Shown piece after piece: positions 28,629 through 39,282 of a DNA stretch of 64,000 bases. Numbering within the stretch: position 1 is the stretch's first letter; every line of letters begins with the position of its first letter. The notes beneath the pieces are model-generated. The model was not told where the DNA came from. It ran no database searches and saw only the letters and a list, made by a program, of their open reading frames with translations. The stretch comes from Pelagibacterales bacterium SAG-MED17 (lineage in GTDB: Bacteria; Pseudomonadota; Alphaproteobacteria; Pelagibacterales; Pelagibacteraceae), in the NCBI GenBank assembly GCA_014654115.1, contig JACWDO010000003.1:7303-71302 (forward strand), given 5' to 3'. Both the position numbers and the translations under genes were made by a program.

Positions 28629-30032
28629 TTAGTTTTGATACTTTCTGACATCATCGAGGTTTCCAGCAATTGCTGCAGCGGCTGCCATACCTGGGCTTAC
28701 TAAATGAGTTCTTCCACCTCTACCTTGTCTTCCTTCAAAATTTCTATTTGAAGTTGAAGCACATCTTTCTTCTGGTTTCAATTTATCTGCATTCATTGCT
28801 AAACACATTGAACATCCTGGCTCTCTCCATTCAAAACCAGAATTAATAAAAATCTTATCCAAGCCCTCTTGTTCAGCTTGTTCTTTTACCAATCCTGAAC
28901 CTGGAACAACCATTGCATGAACGTGTGTTGCTTTCTTTTTATCTTTTAATATTTGTGCTGCTTCTCTCAAATCTTCAATTCTTCCATTTGTACAGCTACC
29001 TATGAAGACAGTGTCTATTTTAATGTCTTTTAAGGCAACATCTGCCTTTAAACCCATATATTGTAAAGATCTATCTATTGAATTTCTTCTATCAATATCA
29101 CTTTCATTTTTGGGATTGGGTACTTTACCATCAATTGATGCCACATCTTGAGGTGAAGTTCCCCAAGTAACCATAGGCGCAATATCTTCAGCAGTTAAAT
29201 TTATTTCTTTATCAAACTTAGCGTCATCATCTGTTTTCAATGTTTTCCAATATTCTAATGCTTTATCCCAATTTTCATTTTTAGGAGACATTGGTCTCCC
29301 TTTTAAATAATCAAAAATTTTTTGATCAGGTTGGATAAGTCCTGCCCTAGCTCCACCTTCAATAGTCATATTACAAATCGTCATTCTATTTTCTACTGAC
29401 AAATCAGAAATTAAACTTCCTGCATATTCAATCACATATCCGGTACCACCCGCAGTGCCTATTTTGCCAATTATCTGCAAAACAACATCTTTAGACGTGA
29501 CACCTATTGCAAGTTTTCCATTTACGTTCACTCTAAAATTTTTAGCTTTTTTTTGAACTAATGTCTGCGTAGCTAAAACATGTTCAACTTCTGAAGTTCC
29601 AATTCCAAAAGCTAAAGATCCAAAAGCTCCATGCGTAGCTGTATGACTGTCGCCACAAACTATTACTGTTCCTGGTTGAGTAAAACCTTGTTCTGGTCCA
29701 ACAATATGAACGATACCTTGTCTCTTATCATCAACACCAAATAACTGAACTCCAAATTCTTTACAATTTTTATCAAGTGTTTCAATTTGAATTCTAGAAT
29801 CTTCATCATCAATTCCTTTTGACCTGTCCGTAGTTGGAATATTATGATCGACTACTGCTAAAGTTAATTTTGGATTTCTTACTTTTCTATTAGCATTTCT
29901 AAGTCCCTCAAATGCTTGTGGGCTAGTAACTTCATGAATTAAATGTCTATCTACAAATAATAAAGACGTTCCATCCTCTTGCTGATGTACTAAATGATCA
30001 TTCCAGATTTTATCGTAAAGTGTTGTGGACAT
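28629..30032 (-). CDS. leuC: 3-isopropylmalate dehydratase large subunit
   Basis: [38 protein letters not shown]. Confidence 0.98.
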   Translation of the reverse strand: MSTTLYDKIWNDHLVHQQEDGTSLLFVDRHLIHEVTSPQAFEGLRNANRKVRNPKLTLAVVDHNIPTTDRSKGIDDEDSRIQIETLDKNCKEFGVQLFGVDDKRQGIVHIVGPEQGFTQPGTVIVCGDSHTATHGAFGSLAFGIGTSEVEHVLATQTLVQKKAKNFRVNVNGKLAIGVTSKDVVLQIIGKIGTAGGTGYVIEYAGSLISDLSVENRMTICNMTIEGGARAGLIQPDQKIFDYLKGRPMSPKNENWDKALEYWKTLKTDDDAKFDKEINLTAEDIAPMVTWGTSPQDVASIDGKVPNPKNESDIDRRNSIDRSLQYMGLKADVALKDIKIDTVFIGSCTNGRIEDLREAAQILKDKKKATHVHAMVVPGSGLVKEQAEQEGLDKIFINSGFEWREPGCSMCLAMNADKLKPEERCASTSNRNFEGRQGRGGRTHLVSPGMAAAAAIAGNLDDVRKYQN

Positions 30033-30043
30033 AGAAAAAAAAA

Positions 30044-30625
30044 TTATTTTTTTTCTGAAGAACTTTCTGATTTTTGTTCATCTTTCGGAGCTTCAGCTTT
30101 TGGCTCTTCCTTAGGTGCTTCTATTTTAGCTTCAGCTTTTGGCTCTTCTTTAGGTGCTTCCGTTTTAACTTCTTCCTTTGGAACTTCAGCTTGAGGATCA
30201 GCTGATGGCATTACATTCTCTTCTGTAACTTCATTTATTTTAGTTTCTAAATCAATACCAATCGTTTTCTTAATTTTTTCAGCTATTCTCGCAGATTTAC
30301 CTGTTCTATCTCTTAGATAGTATAATTTTGCTCTTCTGACTTTTCCTGATCTTACAACTTTAATCGTATCTACAATTGGGCTGTATAGTGCGAAGGTTCT
30401 TTCTACTCCCTCACCAAAAGAAATCTTTCTTACAGTAAAAGATGAATTTATATCTCTACTTTTTTTTGCAATACATACGCCTTCAAAATATTGAATTCTA
30501 TCTCTTTTTCCCTCGGTTATTCGGACACCAACTTTAACAATATCCCCAGGGGAAAAATCTGGGTGTTTTCTCTCAGAGATTATTTTGCTTAAGTTTAACT
30601 TATTTACTTCTTCAATATTTTTCAT
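30044..30625 (-). CDS. rplS: 50S ribosomal protein L19 with acidic E/K/A/P-rich C-terminal extension
   Basis: [26 protein letters not shown]. Confidence 0.96.
   Translation of the reverse strand: MKNIEEVNKLNLSKIISERKHPDFSPGDIVKVGVRITEGKRDRIQYFEGVCIAKKSRDINSSFTVRKISFGEGVERTFALYSPIVDTIKVVRSGKVRRAKLYYLRDRTGKSARIAEKIKKTIGIDLETKINEVTEENVMPSADPQAEVPKEEVKTEAPKEEPKAEAKIEAPKEEPKAEAPKDEQKSESSSEKK
30089..30160 (-). repeat. Two near-identical 33-nt units (39-nt period) in the rplS tail, encoding [11 protein letters not shown]
   Basis: agcttcagcttttggctcttc(c/t)ttaggtgcttc at 30089-30121 and 30128-30160. Confidence 0.8.
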
Positions 30626-30626
30626 A

Positions 30627-31310
30627 TTAGTTTTTCTTATATTTTTGCCACAAATCTGGTCTTCGGTCGCGTGTTATAGCCTCAGATTGAGATAAACGCC
30701 AGTCTTTAATTTTGGCGTGATCACCCGAAATTAGCACATTTGGTACCTTTTTTTCCTCCCAAACTTGAGGTTTTGTGAATTGCGGATATTCGAGAAGTCC
30801 ATTTTCAAAGCTCTCTTCTTTTGAAGAATTAATATTACCTAGAATTCCTGGTATAAATCTTAGAACAGAATCTATTACAACAAAGGCAGCAACTTCACCC
30901 CCTGACAATATAAAGTCACCAATACTGATCTCTTGAATATCTCTACTTTCTAATATTCTTTCATCTACCCCTTCGAAATGACCACAAATTAAATTGATTA
31001 TTTTTTCATTTGAAAACTCTCTTGCAAGATTAGAATTAAAAACTTTTCCTCTTGGACTTAAATAAACAGTTTTTTCTTTGGTCTTGATATTTGCGTCTAA
31101 TGAGTTTGCCAAAACATCTGCTTTCATAATCATGCCATTTCCACCACCATAAGGAGTATCATCAACAGTTTTATGTTTATCTAAAGCATAATCTCTTATG
31201 TTTATTGTTTCTAAATCCCATTCTTTTCCTTTCGACTTTCCAAAAAGTCCTTTGCTCAAATAACCTGGAAAGTATTCAGGATACAACGTAAATACTCTTG
31301 ATAAAAACAT
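30627..31310 (-). CDS. trmD: tRNA (guanine37-N1) methyltransferase
   Basis: [30 protein letters not shown]; start moved to MFLSR ATG at 31310 (the longer ORF is an alternate reading of the rpsP repeat). Confidence 0.95.
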   Translation of the reverse strand: MFLSRVFTLYPEYFPGYLSKGLFGKSKGKEWDLETINIRDYALDKHKTVDDTPYGGGNGMIMKADVLANSLDANIKTKEKTVYLSPRGKVFNSNLAREFSNEKIINLICGHFEGVDERILESRDIQEISIGDFILSGGEVAAFVVIDSVLRFIPGILGNINSSKEESFENGLLEYPQFTKPQVWEEKKVPNVLISGDHAKIKDWRLSQSEAITRDRRPDLWQKYKKN

Positions 31311-31314
31311 TACT

Positions 31315-31773
31315 CTATTTAGCTTCTTCCTTTGGAGCTTCTGCTTTTGGCTCTTCTGTTTTAGCTTCTTCCTTTGGAGCTTCTGCTTTTGGCTCTTCTG
31401 TTTTAGCTTCTTCCTTTGGAGCTTCTGCTTTAGGAGCATCTACTTTAGCTTCGCCACCTTCTTCGGTTTTCTTTCTATCTTTTTTTGGAATTGCTTTTTG
31501 TGGATTATTTCCTTTTGCTGGCATAGGCATAATCTCATTTTCTCCTAATAATCTCGCAACCCTAGTAGTTGGTTGTGCACCTTGACCTAGCCAATATTTA
31601 ACTCTTTCAACATCCAATCCCATTCTCTCTTTTTTCTCTTTTGGAATTAGAGGGTTAAAAAAACCTAATTTTTCTATGAACCTTCCATCTCTTGGAAATC
31701 TACTATCAGCAACCACTATCTTATATACTGGTCTCTTCTTAGTTCCTCCCATTGATAAACGCATCTTTAACAT
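31315..31773 (-). CDS. rpsP: 30S ribosomal protein S16 with repetitive C-terminal extension
   Basis: [29 protein letters not shown]. Confidence 0.96.
   Translation of the reverse strand: MLKMRLSMGGTKKRPVYKIVVADSRFPRDGRFIEKLGFFNPLIPKEKKERMGLDVERVKYWLGQGAQPTTRVARLLGENEIMPMPAKGNNPQKAIPKKDRKKTEEGGEAKVDAPKAEAPKEEAKTEEPKAEAPKEEAKTEEPKAEAPKEEAK
31319..31431 (-). repeat. Perfect 42-nt tandem repeat (about 2.7 copies) encoding [14 protein letters not shown]
   Basis: ttagcttcttcctttggagcttctgcttttggctcttctgtt at 31319-31360 and 31361-31402, partial copy to 31431. Confidence 0.92.
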
Positions 31774-31785
31774 TTGTTCTCCTAT

Positions 31786-33144
31786 TTATTTTAATTGATT
31801 AAAAAGTTCTGGTGGTATGCCTTTATCAACCATCCCTTTTGTATTTCCTTTAGACATTTTTTTCATCATTTCTGACATCATCTTAAATTGCTTAAGCAAT
31901 TTATTGATAGTGGCCACATCTGTTCCTGAGCCATTAGCAATTCTTTTTTTTCTAGAACCATCAATAATCTTAGGGTTCTCACGTTCTTTTTTGGTCATTG
32001 ATAGTATTACCGCTTCGTTTTGAGTAATTATTTTTTCATCCACTCCAGCTTGGTCCATTTGAGATTTAACTTTTGAGACACCTGGCAAAAAAGACATTAT
32101 ACCTTCGATACCACCCATTTTTTTCATTTGTCTAAGCTGTGTTAAATAATCCTCCAATGAAAACTGACCTTTTTTTAATTTTTCCTCTGTTTTTTTTAAT
32201 TTTTCTTCATCTAGATCTTCAGCAGCCTTTTCAACAAGAGAAACAATATCCCCCATACCTAAAATTCGATTAGCAATTCTATCTGGATGAAAGACTTCAA
32301 AATTTTCTATTTTTTCACCAACCCCTAAAAATTTAATTGGGACATCTGCAACGTATTTCATACTTAATGCTGCCCCACCTCTACCATCACCATCTGATCT
32401 TGTAAGGATAATACCAGTAAGATTAACTGTACTTTTAAATTCTTTTGCAACGTTAGCTGCAACTTGTCCAGTTAGTGAGTCTGCAACTAGAATTGTTTCT
32501 GATGGATTTATAATACTTTCAATTTGTTTAATTTCGCTCATCATCTGCAAGTCAATTTGAGTTCTTCCAGCTGTATCAAACAAAATTACTTCAGAGCCAT
32601 TAAGATTTGCAGCGCTGATTGCTCTCCTACAAATATCTGCAGGTAATTGATCTTTTATGATTGGGAGCGTCGTTATATTATTTTGCTCTCCTAAAAGTCT
32701 TAATTGCTCTTGTGCAGCTGGTCTATAAACATCAAGACTAGCCATCATTACTTTTTTCTTTTTATTTATCTCTAAAAATCTAGCAAGTTTTGCAGTGGTA
32801 GTTGTTTTTCCTGAACCTTGAAGCCCCACTAACATCATGGGGACTGGCGGTACTGCGTTCATTTCTATATCAGAATTTTTATCTCCTAAAAAAGAAATTA
32901 GCTCATCATTTACAACTTTAACCACCATCTGCCCTGGTGAAGTAGACCTAACAATTTCTTGACCAAGAGCCTTTGGTTTTACTCTGCTTATAAATTCTTT
33001 TACTACTTCCAAAGAAACATCAGCCTCTAAAAGAGCAAGCCTAATCTCTCTCAAACCTTCATCTACTTGCTTTTCATCAAGTGAAGGTGCTTTTTTTAAA
33101 GAAGAAAATATTTCTTCAAATTTATTTGTTAAGTTTTCAAACAT
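31786..33144 (-). CDS. ffh: Signal recognition particle protein
   Basis: GLQGSGKTT, DTAGR, M domain; start moved to MFENL ATG at 33144. Confidence 0.97.
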   Translation of the reverse strand: MFENLTNKFEEIFSSLKKAPSLDEKQVDEGLREIRLALLEADVSLEVVKEFISRVKPKALGQEIVRSTSPGQMVVKVVNDELISFLGDKNSDIEMNAVPPVPMMLVGLQGSGKTTTTAKLARFLEINKKKKVMMASLDVYRPAAQEQLRLLGEQNNITTLPIIKDQLPADICRRAISAANLNGSEVILFDTAGRTQIDLQMMSEIKQIESIINPSETILVADSLTGQVAANVAKEFKSTVNLTGIILTRSDGDGRGGAALSMKYVADVPIKFLGVGEKIENFEVFHPDRIANRILGMGDIVSLVEKAAEDLDEEKLKKTEEKLKKGQFSLEDYLTQLRQMKKMGGIEGIMSFLPGVSKVKSQMDQAGVDEKIITQNEAVILSMTKKERENPKIIDGSRKKRIANGSGTDVATINKLLKQFKMMSEMMKKMSKGNTKGMVDKGIPPELFNQLK

Positions 33145-33149
33145 AATCA

Positions 33150-33245
33150 CATCCAGCAAGTATCGCACCAGTGGGCGAACTCTCGCTGACTGGTGTCGAT
33201 CTCTTTGTTACCAAAGACACCGCAAATTGCTGTATTTTGCGGAAA
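33150..33245 (-). ncRNA. Structured 5' leader of ffh (probable alphaproteobacterial ffh RNA motif)
   Basis: Locally GC-rich; stems caccagt/actggtg with inner gcga/tcgc, ctttg/caaag, ccgcaaa/tttgcgg; loop ttgctg (33227-33232) is complementary to cagcaa (33154-33159), a possible pseudoknot. Confidence 0.72.
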
Positions 33246-33304
33246 CGGCGATAAACTATAATAGAGGTTCAAAAAGTCAATAAATAAGTTAAATACAGAT
33301 CTAT

Positions 33305-34129
33305 ATGGAATTTAAAGCATTAAAAATGGATGGTCTTGGTAATGATTTTGTAATTATTGACCAGAGGCAAAAAAATATAGCATTGAGCAAAGATCAGATT
33401 ATTAGGATTTGTGATAGAGATTTTATTGGCTGTGACCAACTAATCTACATCAAAAATAGTAATAATGCAGACGCTGAACTAGAATTTTATAATTCTGATG
33501 GATCTGGATCAGATGCATGTGGAAATGGCACAAGATGTGTTGCCTACTTACTATCAAAAGAGAAAAATAAAAAAAATATTAGTCTTCAAGTAGGATCCAA
33601 ACAGTTAAATTCAAAATTGCTTGATGATGGTCAAGTTGAAACGATAATAGGTGTACCTAAAACTGATTGGAAAGAGATTCCCTTATCTGAAAACTTAGAT
33701 ACTAAAAATTTAGGTTTAAGTATAAAAGATAATAACAATAAAGAAACAGTTGGTGGTATTGGTATTAATGTAGGCAATCCTCATACTATTTTTTTTGTAA
33801 ATGAAATACAAAACTTTAGTATTGAGAAAATTGGGCCTGAGATTGAAAATCATAAATTATTCCCTGAAAGATGTAATTTTACTCTTGCACAAAAAATAAA
33901 TAAAAATCATTATAGAGTTAAAGTTTGGGAAAGAGGTGCAGGCTTAACAAAAGCATGTGGGACTGCTGCATGTGCTACTGCAGTAGCTGCAAATTTAGAA
34001 AATCTCAGAAATTCTAGAACTGAAATTGAATTTAGTTTAGGAAAATTAATAATTTCTATTGATGAAAATAAACAAATTCATATGAAAGGACCTGTGTCTA
34101 CTATTAAAGAAATAGACATAAATATCTAA
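33305..34129 (+). CDS. dapF: Diaminopimelate epimerase
   Basis: GLGNDF, ACGNGTRC, GNPH, ERGAGLTKACGT. Confidence 0.96.
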   Translation: MEFKALKMDGLGNDFVIIDQRQKNIALSKDQIIRICDRDFIGCDQLIYIKNSNNADAELEFYNSDGSGSDACGNGTRCVAYLLSKEKNKKNISLQVGSKQLNSKLLDDGQVETIIGVPKTDWKEIPLSENLDTKNLGLSIKDNNNKETVGGIGINVGNPHTIFFVNEIQNFSIEKIGPEIENHKLFPERCNFTLAQKINKNHYRVKVWERGAGLTKACGTAACATAVAANLENLRNSRTEIEFSLGKLIISIDENKQIHMKGPVSTIKEIDINI

Positions 34130-35046
34130 TGGGTATTTTTGAAAAATTTAAATTAGGCTTTAAAAAGAGTGCTGACAGTATTTCCTCAGGTCTTAGAGAA
34201 ATAATTATAAAAAAAGAGATTGATGATGAGACATTAAATAAAATTGAAGAATTTTTGATTAGTTCAGATGTTGGTATTGATGCTTCAGCTGAAATAAAAA
34301 GTATTATCTCTCAAAGAAAGATTGATCCAAAAAAAAATATAGTGGAGGAAATAAATTTAATTTTAAAAGAATATATCTTAGAGTTGATGGTGCCCTTAGA
34401 AAGAAAAGATTTTTTTGAAAAAAAAGAAAATTTAAATGTAACATTAGTATCCGGCGTAAACGGGGTAGGTAAGACCACAACTATAGGTAAAATTGGTAAA
34501 ATATTTAAAGACAATGGCTCAGAAATAATATTTTCAGCCTGCGATACCTTCAGAGCAGCAGCTATAGATCAGTTAGAATCTTGGTCTGATAAAGTTGGGG
34601 CCACAATTATCAAATCAAATCCAGGATCTGACCCAGCCTCAGTTGCTTACAAGGCCATAGAACACGCAAAAAACAACAATATTAGTCAGGTGCTTATTGA
34701 TACAGCTGGCAGATTACAAAATAAAAAGAATTTGATGGATGAATTTAAAAAAATTGCAAATGTGATAAAAAAAACTGACGAAAGCGCACCACAAGATGTA
34801 ATCTTGGTCCTAGATGCAACATCAGGACAGAATATAATAAATCAATTAGAGGAATTTGATAAGATTATTAAAATCACAGGTCTAATTATGACCAAACTTG
34901 ATGGGACAGCCAAAGGTGGAGTATTAATTGCTATCTCAAAAAAATATAAAGTACCGATTATTGGATTAGGTCTTGGTGAAAAAATAGATGATCTACAAAT
35001 ATTTAATGCTGAGCAATTTGCAGATGCTTTTACTCAATTTAATTGA
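34129..35046 (+). CDS. ftsY: SRP receptor FtsY
   Basis: GVNGVGKTTT, DTFRAAA, DTAGR, TKLDGTAKGG. Confidence 0.96.
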   Translation: MGIFEKFKLGFKKSADSISSGLREIIIKKEIDDETLNKIEEFLISSDVGIDASAEIKSIISQRKIDPKKNIVEEINLILKEYILELMVPLERKDFFEKKENLNVTLVSGVNGVGKTTTIGKIGKIFKDNGSEIIFSACDTFRAAAIDQLESWSDKVGATIIKSNPGSDPASVAYKAIEHAKNNNISQVLIDTAGRLQNKKNLMDEFKKIANVIKKTDESAPQDVILVLDATSGQNIINQLEEFDKIIKITGLIMTKLDGTAKGGVLIAISKKYKVPIIGLGLGEKIDDLQIFNAEQFADAFTQFN

Positions 35047-35599
35047 TTAAGTTTTTAGATACTAAAGGTTTTTGAAGATTACATTCAAAATTATTATCAA
35101 TAGATTTATAACCACATATTTTTGCATAGGTTGAAATTATAAAATCTAATTTACCTGAATTTTCAAAATTATTTAATTCATTATTTTTTATATTGTATTG
35201 TAATTTTTGATTAAAACTCTTTTTTCCACTTATTAAAATTAAAGTATTATTATCATTTAGCAGATAGTATGCAAAGTCTTCAGGAAATAATGGATATGAA
35301 TAATGTTTAAATAATTTTTTTATTCTTTTTGGAAACCATTCATATGTAATTAATGGATAATCTGTCTTAGATAAATGATTATATAAATATAGATCTTGTG
35401 GATAATCATTTAAATAATTTGAATTTTCCCCTTTTGCAATGATAGCCTTACCTCTTGTTTTAAAATATAAAGTAAACTCATTATCGTAAGATTTCATTTT
35501 TCCTATATGAAAATATTGGTTATTATTCGAATAATCAATATCAGCAATAACTAACTGTGGGTAAATTATTATTAAAGATAAAAATAAAAAATTCTTCAC
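35039..35599 (-). CDS. Hypothetical protein with probable signal peptide
   Basis: 186-aa ORF, GTG start, hydrophobic N-terminus ending VIA-D; no recognised motif. Confidence 0.65.
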   Translation of the reverse strand: MKNFLFLSLIIIYPQLVIADIDYSNNNQYFHIGKMKSYDNEFTLYFKTRGKAIIAKGENSNYLNDYPQDLYLYNHLSKTDYPLITYEWFPKRIKKLFKHYSYPLFPEDFAYYLLNDNNTLILISGKKSFNQKLQYNIKNNELNNFENSGKLDFIISTYAKICGYKSIDNNFECNLQKPLVSKNLIN

Positions 35600-35649
35600 A
35601 GATAAATGTTTTAATAATAAAATTGATTATAGTATGTTTAAATTGTGGC

Positions 35650-36462
35650 TTAATTTAAATTGCTTATAAATAATTTAATTGATCTAACCAAATTTTCATT
35701 AAAATCCATCATATGATCATCATTTTCTTGAAAATAACTATATTTTTGACTTTTATATTCTGAGTACATTTTCTTTCCCATTGAGAAAGGAACAATCTTA
35801 TCTTTTTTACCATGCATGACCAATAATGGTGCCTTGTTCATATTTAGCTTTTCAATTGAGTTGAATTTATCTTTTAATAAGATCTTTACTGGCAAATATG
35901 GATAATATTGTTTAGCTAAGCTTTCCATTGAGGTAAATGGAGACTCAAGGATTATTCCAGAAAATGAATTATCTTTTGCAAGATTAATAGCTATGGCAGT
36001 TCCTAGGGACTCTCCATACAAAATAATATCTTTATCTTCTATTTCCTCCGAATTCAGCCACTTTTTAGCGGCAAGAGCATCTTCATATAAACCTAACTCA
36101 GATGGTTTTCCTTTATTACCACTGAAACCACGATAAGCAAAAATTAGGTAATTTACTTCCATTTTTTCAAACTCGTTTAGTTTATAAATTCTATTATCAA
36201 GTTTGCCTGCATTGCCATGAAAAAATAGGATCGTTTTTAAATTTTTATTTTTAAGAAAATACCATCCAATTAAATCATCATTTGAATTTACTGAAATTTT
36301 TTGAATTTTATGTGTTAGTGGTCCCTCATCTAGATAATTATTTTCACCAGGATGGTAAAGAAGATTTCTTTGATAAAAGTAAATAAATAAGCAAATAATA
36401 ATATAAATTAAAGGTATAAAAAAAAGTAATTTTGATAATGTCATTATAAAATTAATTCTCAT
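35650..36462 (-). CDS. Membrane-anchored alpha/beta hydrolase (ABHD12/13-like)
   Basis: N-terminal TM helix, FFHGNAG, YRGFSG, GESLG nucleophile elbow, MHGKKD; alternative start at 36444. Confidence 0.85.
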   Translation of the reverse strand: MRINFIMTLSKLLFFIPLIYIIICLFIYFYQRNLLYHPGENNYLDEGPLTHKIQKISVNSNDDLIGWYFLKNKNLKTILFFHGNAGKLDNRIYKLNEFEKMEVNYLIFAYRGFSGNKGKPSELGLYEDALAAKKWLNSEEIEDKDIILYGESLGTAIAINLAKDNSFSGIILESPFTSMESLAKQYYPYLPVKILLKDKFNSIEKLNMNKAPLLVMHGKKDKIVPFSMGKKMYSEYKSQKYSYFQENDDHMMDFNENLVRSIKLFISNLN

Positions 36463-37672
36463 TTTTATTAAAAAAAATAAAAAAGATATAACTTAAAATA
36501 CACAAAATTAAAAATATTGAGAGAGAAATTTTATAGCTTGTAATGATGTTTGCACCCATATTTTTAGAAAGGTCAATTAATAAGCCTATCCCCCATTGAA
36601 CAAAAAATGTGCCTGAATGTATAAATACATTCAGAGAAGTTAATGATTTTCCTGCAAGATTTTGAGGAAAACTTAAGGCTAATGCAGGCTGGGTCAAAGA
36701 TAAAACTATTGATGATAAAATATAAAGAGTAAACATCATAGCTCCTGCTTTTTGTCCCATAATTATTATACAAAATAAAACTATGTAACTTATGGGAAGA
36801 CCAATCTTTACTATCTTCATACTGTCAATGCCCAAAGATGAAAATTTTGGTAAAATATATCCCCAAAACATGAATGCAAATAACATTATAATGTTTATCC
36901 AAAATAAACCTGTTGCACTTTCAAGTGGGGAATATCCTGCAACATTTAACATCCAAGGACCTGCCCATAACGTTTGTATTGCTTGAACACCACCATAATT
37001 TAAAAAAGCTAAAGGAATTAAACTAATAAAAAATTTATTTTTCCAAACGTCTGAAAGACGTCCTGTGCTCTCTGCACTTTGTATATTTTGATTTTGAACG
37101 TTATTATTCCATGATGGAGCAAAAATTAAAATTAAAATTATACTTAATAAAATTAAAATAGAAATTATTAAAAAAATTGATCGCCAACCAATTATTGGTA
37201 GTAAGATTTGCACTGGCAGTGTTGAAATAACAAAGCCAAAACTTGCCACCATAAGCATCCACGAATTAGCTCTTTGTTGATATTTATCCTCAAACCAAAC
37301 TCGATATCCAGTCAAAGGTCCCATCAAACATGCTGCAACACCAACACCAATAAAAAATCTAGAAATTAACAAACCTGTAAAACTTTTTGCAAATGCGAAA
37401 GAAATCGTGCTGACTAGTGCTATTAATAAAAGATATGCTACAACTTTTTTTGGTCCATACTTATCAAGAAGTAAACCTGCTGGTATTTGCATCAAAGAAA
37501 AACCCAAAAAATATCCGCCTGCTAACAGTCCCAAATTACCAGCTGATAAATCAAATTCGCTAGTAAGTACTGGAGTAAGAGTTGCAGTAATTGATCTTAA
37601 TAAATTTGAAATAAAAAAGCCAAAAGCAAATACACAAAAAATTAAAACACTTTTATTTACTTTATTAATCAT
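36452..37672 (-). CDS. MFS transporter
   Basis: About 12 hydrophobic helices, motif A GLLLDKYGPKK, GWR. Confidence 0.88.
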   Translation of the reverse strand: MINKVNKSVLIFCVFAFGFFISNLLRSITATLTPVLTSEFDLSAGNLGLLAGGYFLGFSLMQIPAGLLLDKYGPKKVVAYLLLIALVSTISFAFAKSFTGLLISRFFIGVGVAACLMGPLTGYRVWFEDKYQQRANSWMLMVASFGFVISTLPVQILLPIIGWRSIFLIISILILLSIILILIFAPSWNNNVQNQNIQSAESTGRLSDVWKNKFFISLIPLAFLNYGGVQAIQTLWAGPWMLNVAGYSPLESATGLFWINIIMLFAFMFWGYILPKFSSLGIDSMKIVKIGLPISYIVLFCIIIMGQKAGAMMFTLYILSSIVLSLTQPALALSFPQNLAGKSLTSLNVFIHSGTFFVQWGIGLLIDLSKNMGANIITSYKISLSIFLILCILSYIFFIFFNKNEN

Positions 37673-37698
37673 TTATATCTCTCTACTTAATCATTACT

Positions 37699-39282
37699 AT
37701 GAATAATCAATCAACTAAAGATAAAGATGCGCGTTCAGCAAATGCTATGGCTGCAACTTCTCATCCATTAGCTACTGAAGAGGCGTTAAAAATACTTAAA
37801 ATGGGGGGAAATGCAGTAGACGCATCGATTGCAGCTTCAATTGTTTTATCTGTGGTTGAGCCTAACGCGACTAGTATTGGAGGAGACTGCTTTGCAATAG
37901 TTAAAATGAATAATAAAGATGCAGTATCTTTTAATGGCTCTGGTTTAGCGCCAGAGAAATTAAGTTATGATTTCTTTAAAGAAAAAAATATAGATAAAAT
38001 TGGATTAACAAGCCCTCATTCAGTTACAATTCCAGGTGCAGTTCATGCTTGGGAAACTATTCATAAAGAATTTGGTAAATTAGATTTTGAACAATTATTT
38101 TTAGGTGCGATTGATATTGCAAAAAACGGTCACAAAATTTCTAAAGTAGTATCAAATGCTTGGCATAATAGTTTAAATAAAATTAATGGTAATGAAAATT
38201 CAAAAAAAATTTTTTTAAAAGATGGTCGTACTTATCAAGAAAATGAATTAATGAAAAATATTCCATTAGGAAAAACATTAGAAGCAATAAGTAAAAAAGG
38301 AAGTAAAGAATTTTATGAAGGTGAAACTGCAAAAGATATCATTGAAAGTTTAAATGAATTGGGGGGTATACATACTTTGGAAGACTTTTCTAAACAGAGC
38401 ACAATAAGATCAGATACAATCAAATCAAGTTATAAGGGCAATTTTATTCATCAATGTCCTCCAAACGGACCAGGTGTAACAGTTTTGATTATGATGAAAT
38501 TGTTAGAAAAACTTAATATTCAAAACTATAAATTCAATAGTGCAGAAAGGTTTCATCTTGAAGCAGAAGTTACAAAACAGGCTTATAAAGTAAAAGAAAC
38601 AAGTCTAGGTGATCCAAGTTTTGCAAATTTTAATTTAGATGAAATTTTAAGTGATAAGAATATTGAGGATATTTTTAACAAAATTAATCTAAATTCATGC
38701 AGTGATGTTGGTGACTTAAATATTCCAGCTCACCCAGAAACAATTTATCTTACAGTGGTAGATAAAGATTTAAATAGTGTGTCCATAATTAATTCAGTTT
38801 GTTATGTATTTGGATCAGGTATCACTACAAACAAAAGTGGAATACTATTACATAATAGGGGCACAAATTTCAGAGTAGAGCACGGACATCCAAACTGTAT
38901 TGCGGGTTTAAAAAGACCATTGCACACTATTATTCCAGGTATGGTCATCGATAAAGATAACAATGCAACTTTGAGCTATGGGGTTATGGGAGGTCAATAT
39001 CAACCAGTAGGACAGGTGCATGTTTTGAATAATATGCTCGATTATGGAATGGGACCTCAAGATGCTTTAAATTTTCCAAGAGCCTTTCATTTTAACAATA
39101 TTTATAAACTTGAAAAATCAGTTGATAATCAAATTTTTAATGAATTAAAAGAAATTGGTCATAATGTTGAGTATATTGATGGCACTCATGGTGGAGGCCA
39201 AGCTATAAAAATAAATCGATCAGAAGGTGACCTTTTAGGAGGATCGGATCCAAGAAAAGACGGTTATGCAAAAGGGTACTAA
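37699..39282 (+). CDS. Gamma-glutamyltransferase-family Ntn hydrolase (YwrD/HpxW-like subgroup)
   Basis: GGNAVDA, SIGGD, PPNGPG, predicted autocleavage Thr in ETIYLTVVD, RPLHTIIP, GVMGG, GSDPRKDG. Confidence 0.85.
   Translation: MNNQSTKDKDARSANAMAATSHPLATEEALKILKMGGNAVDASIAASIVLSVVEPNATSIGGDCFAIVKMNNKDAVSFNGSGLAPEKLSYDFFKEKNIDKIGLTSPHSVTIPGAVHAWETIHKEFGKLDFEQLFLGAIDIAKNGHKISKVVSNAWHNSLNKINGNENSKKIFLKDGRTYQENELMKNIPLGKTLEAISKKGSKEFYEGETAKDIIESLNELGGIHTLEDFSKQSTIRSDTIKSSYKGNFIHQCPPNGPGVTVLIMMKLLEKLNIQNYKFNSAERFHLEAEVTKQAYKVKETSLGDPSFANFNLDEILSDKNIEDIFNKINLNSCSDVGDLNIPAHPETIYLTVVDKDLNSVSIINSVCYVFGSGITTNKSGILLHNRGTNFRVEHGHPNCIAGLKRPLHTIIPGMVIDKDNNATLSYGVMGGQYQPVGQVHVLNNMLDYGMGPQDALNFPRAFHFNNIYKLEKSVDNQIFNELKEIGHNVEYIDGTHGGGQAIKINRSEGDLLGGSDPRKDGYAKGY

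Noticed and set aside
31311-31439. KQKLQRKKL repeat N-terminal extension of TrmD
   Set aside because: Alternate-frame reading of the rpsP tandem repeat; a proper ATG exists at 31310.
33150-33245. SRP 4.5S RNA (ffs) next to ffh
   Set aside because: I could not find the conserved SRP domain IV pattern (CAGG...GGAA...AGCAG) on either strand; the structure fits a cis leader better.
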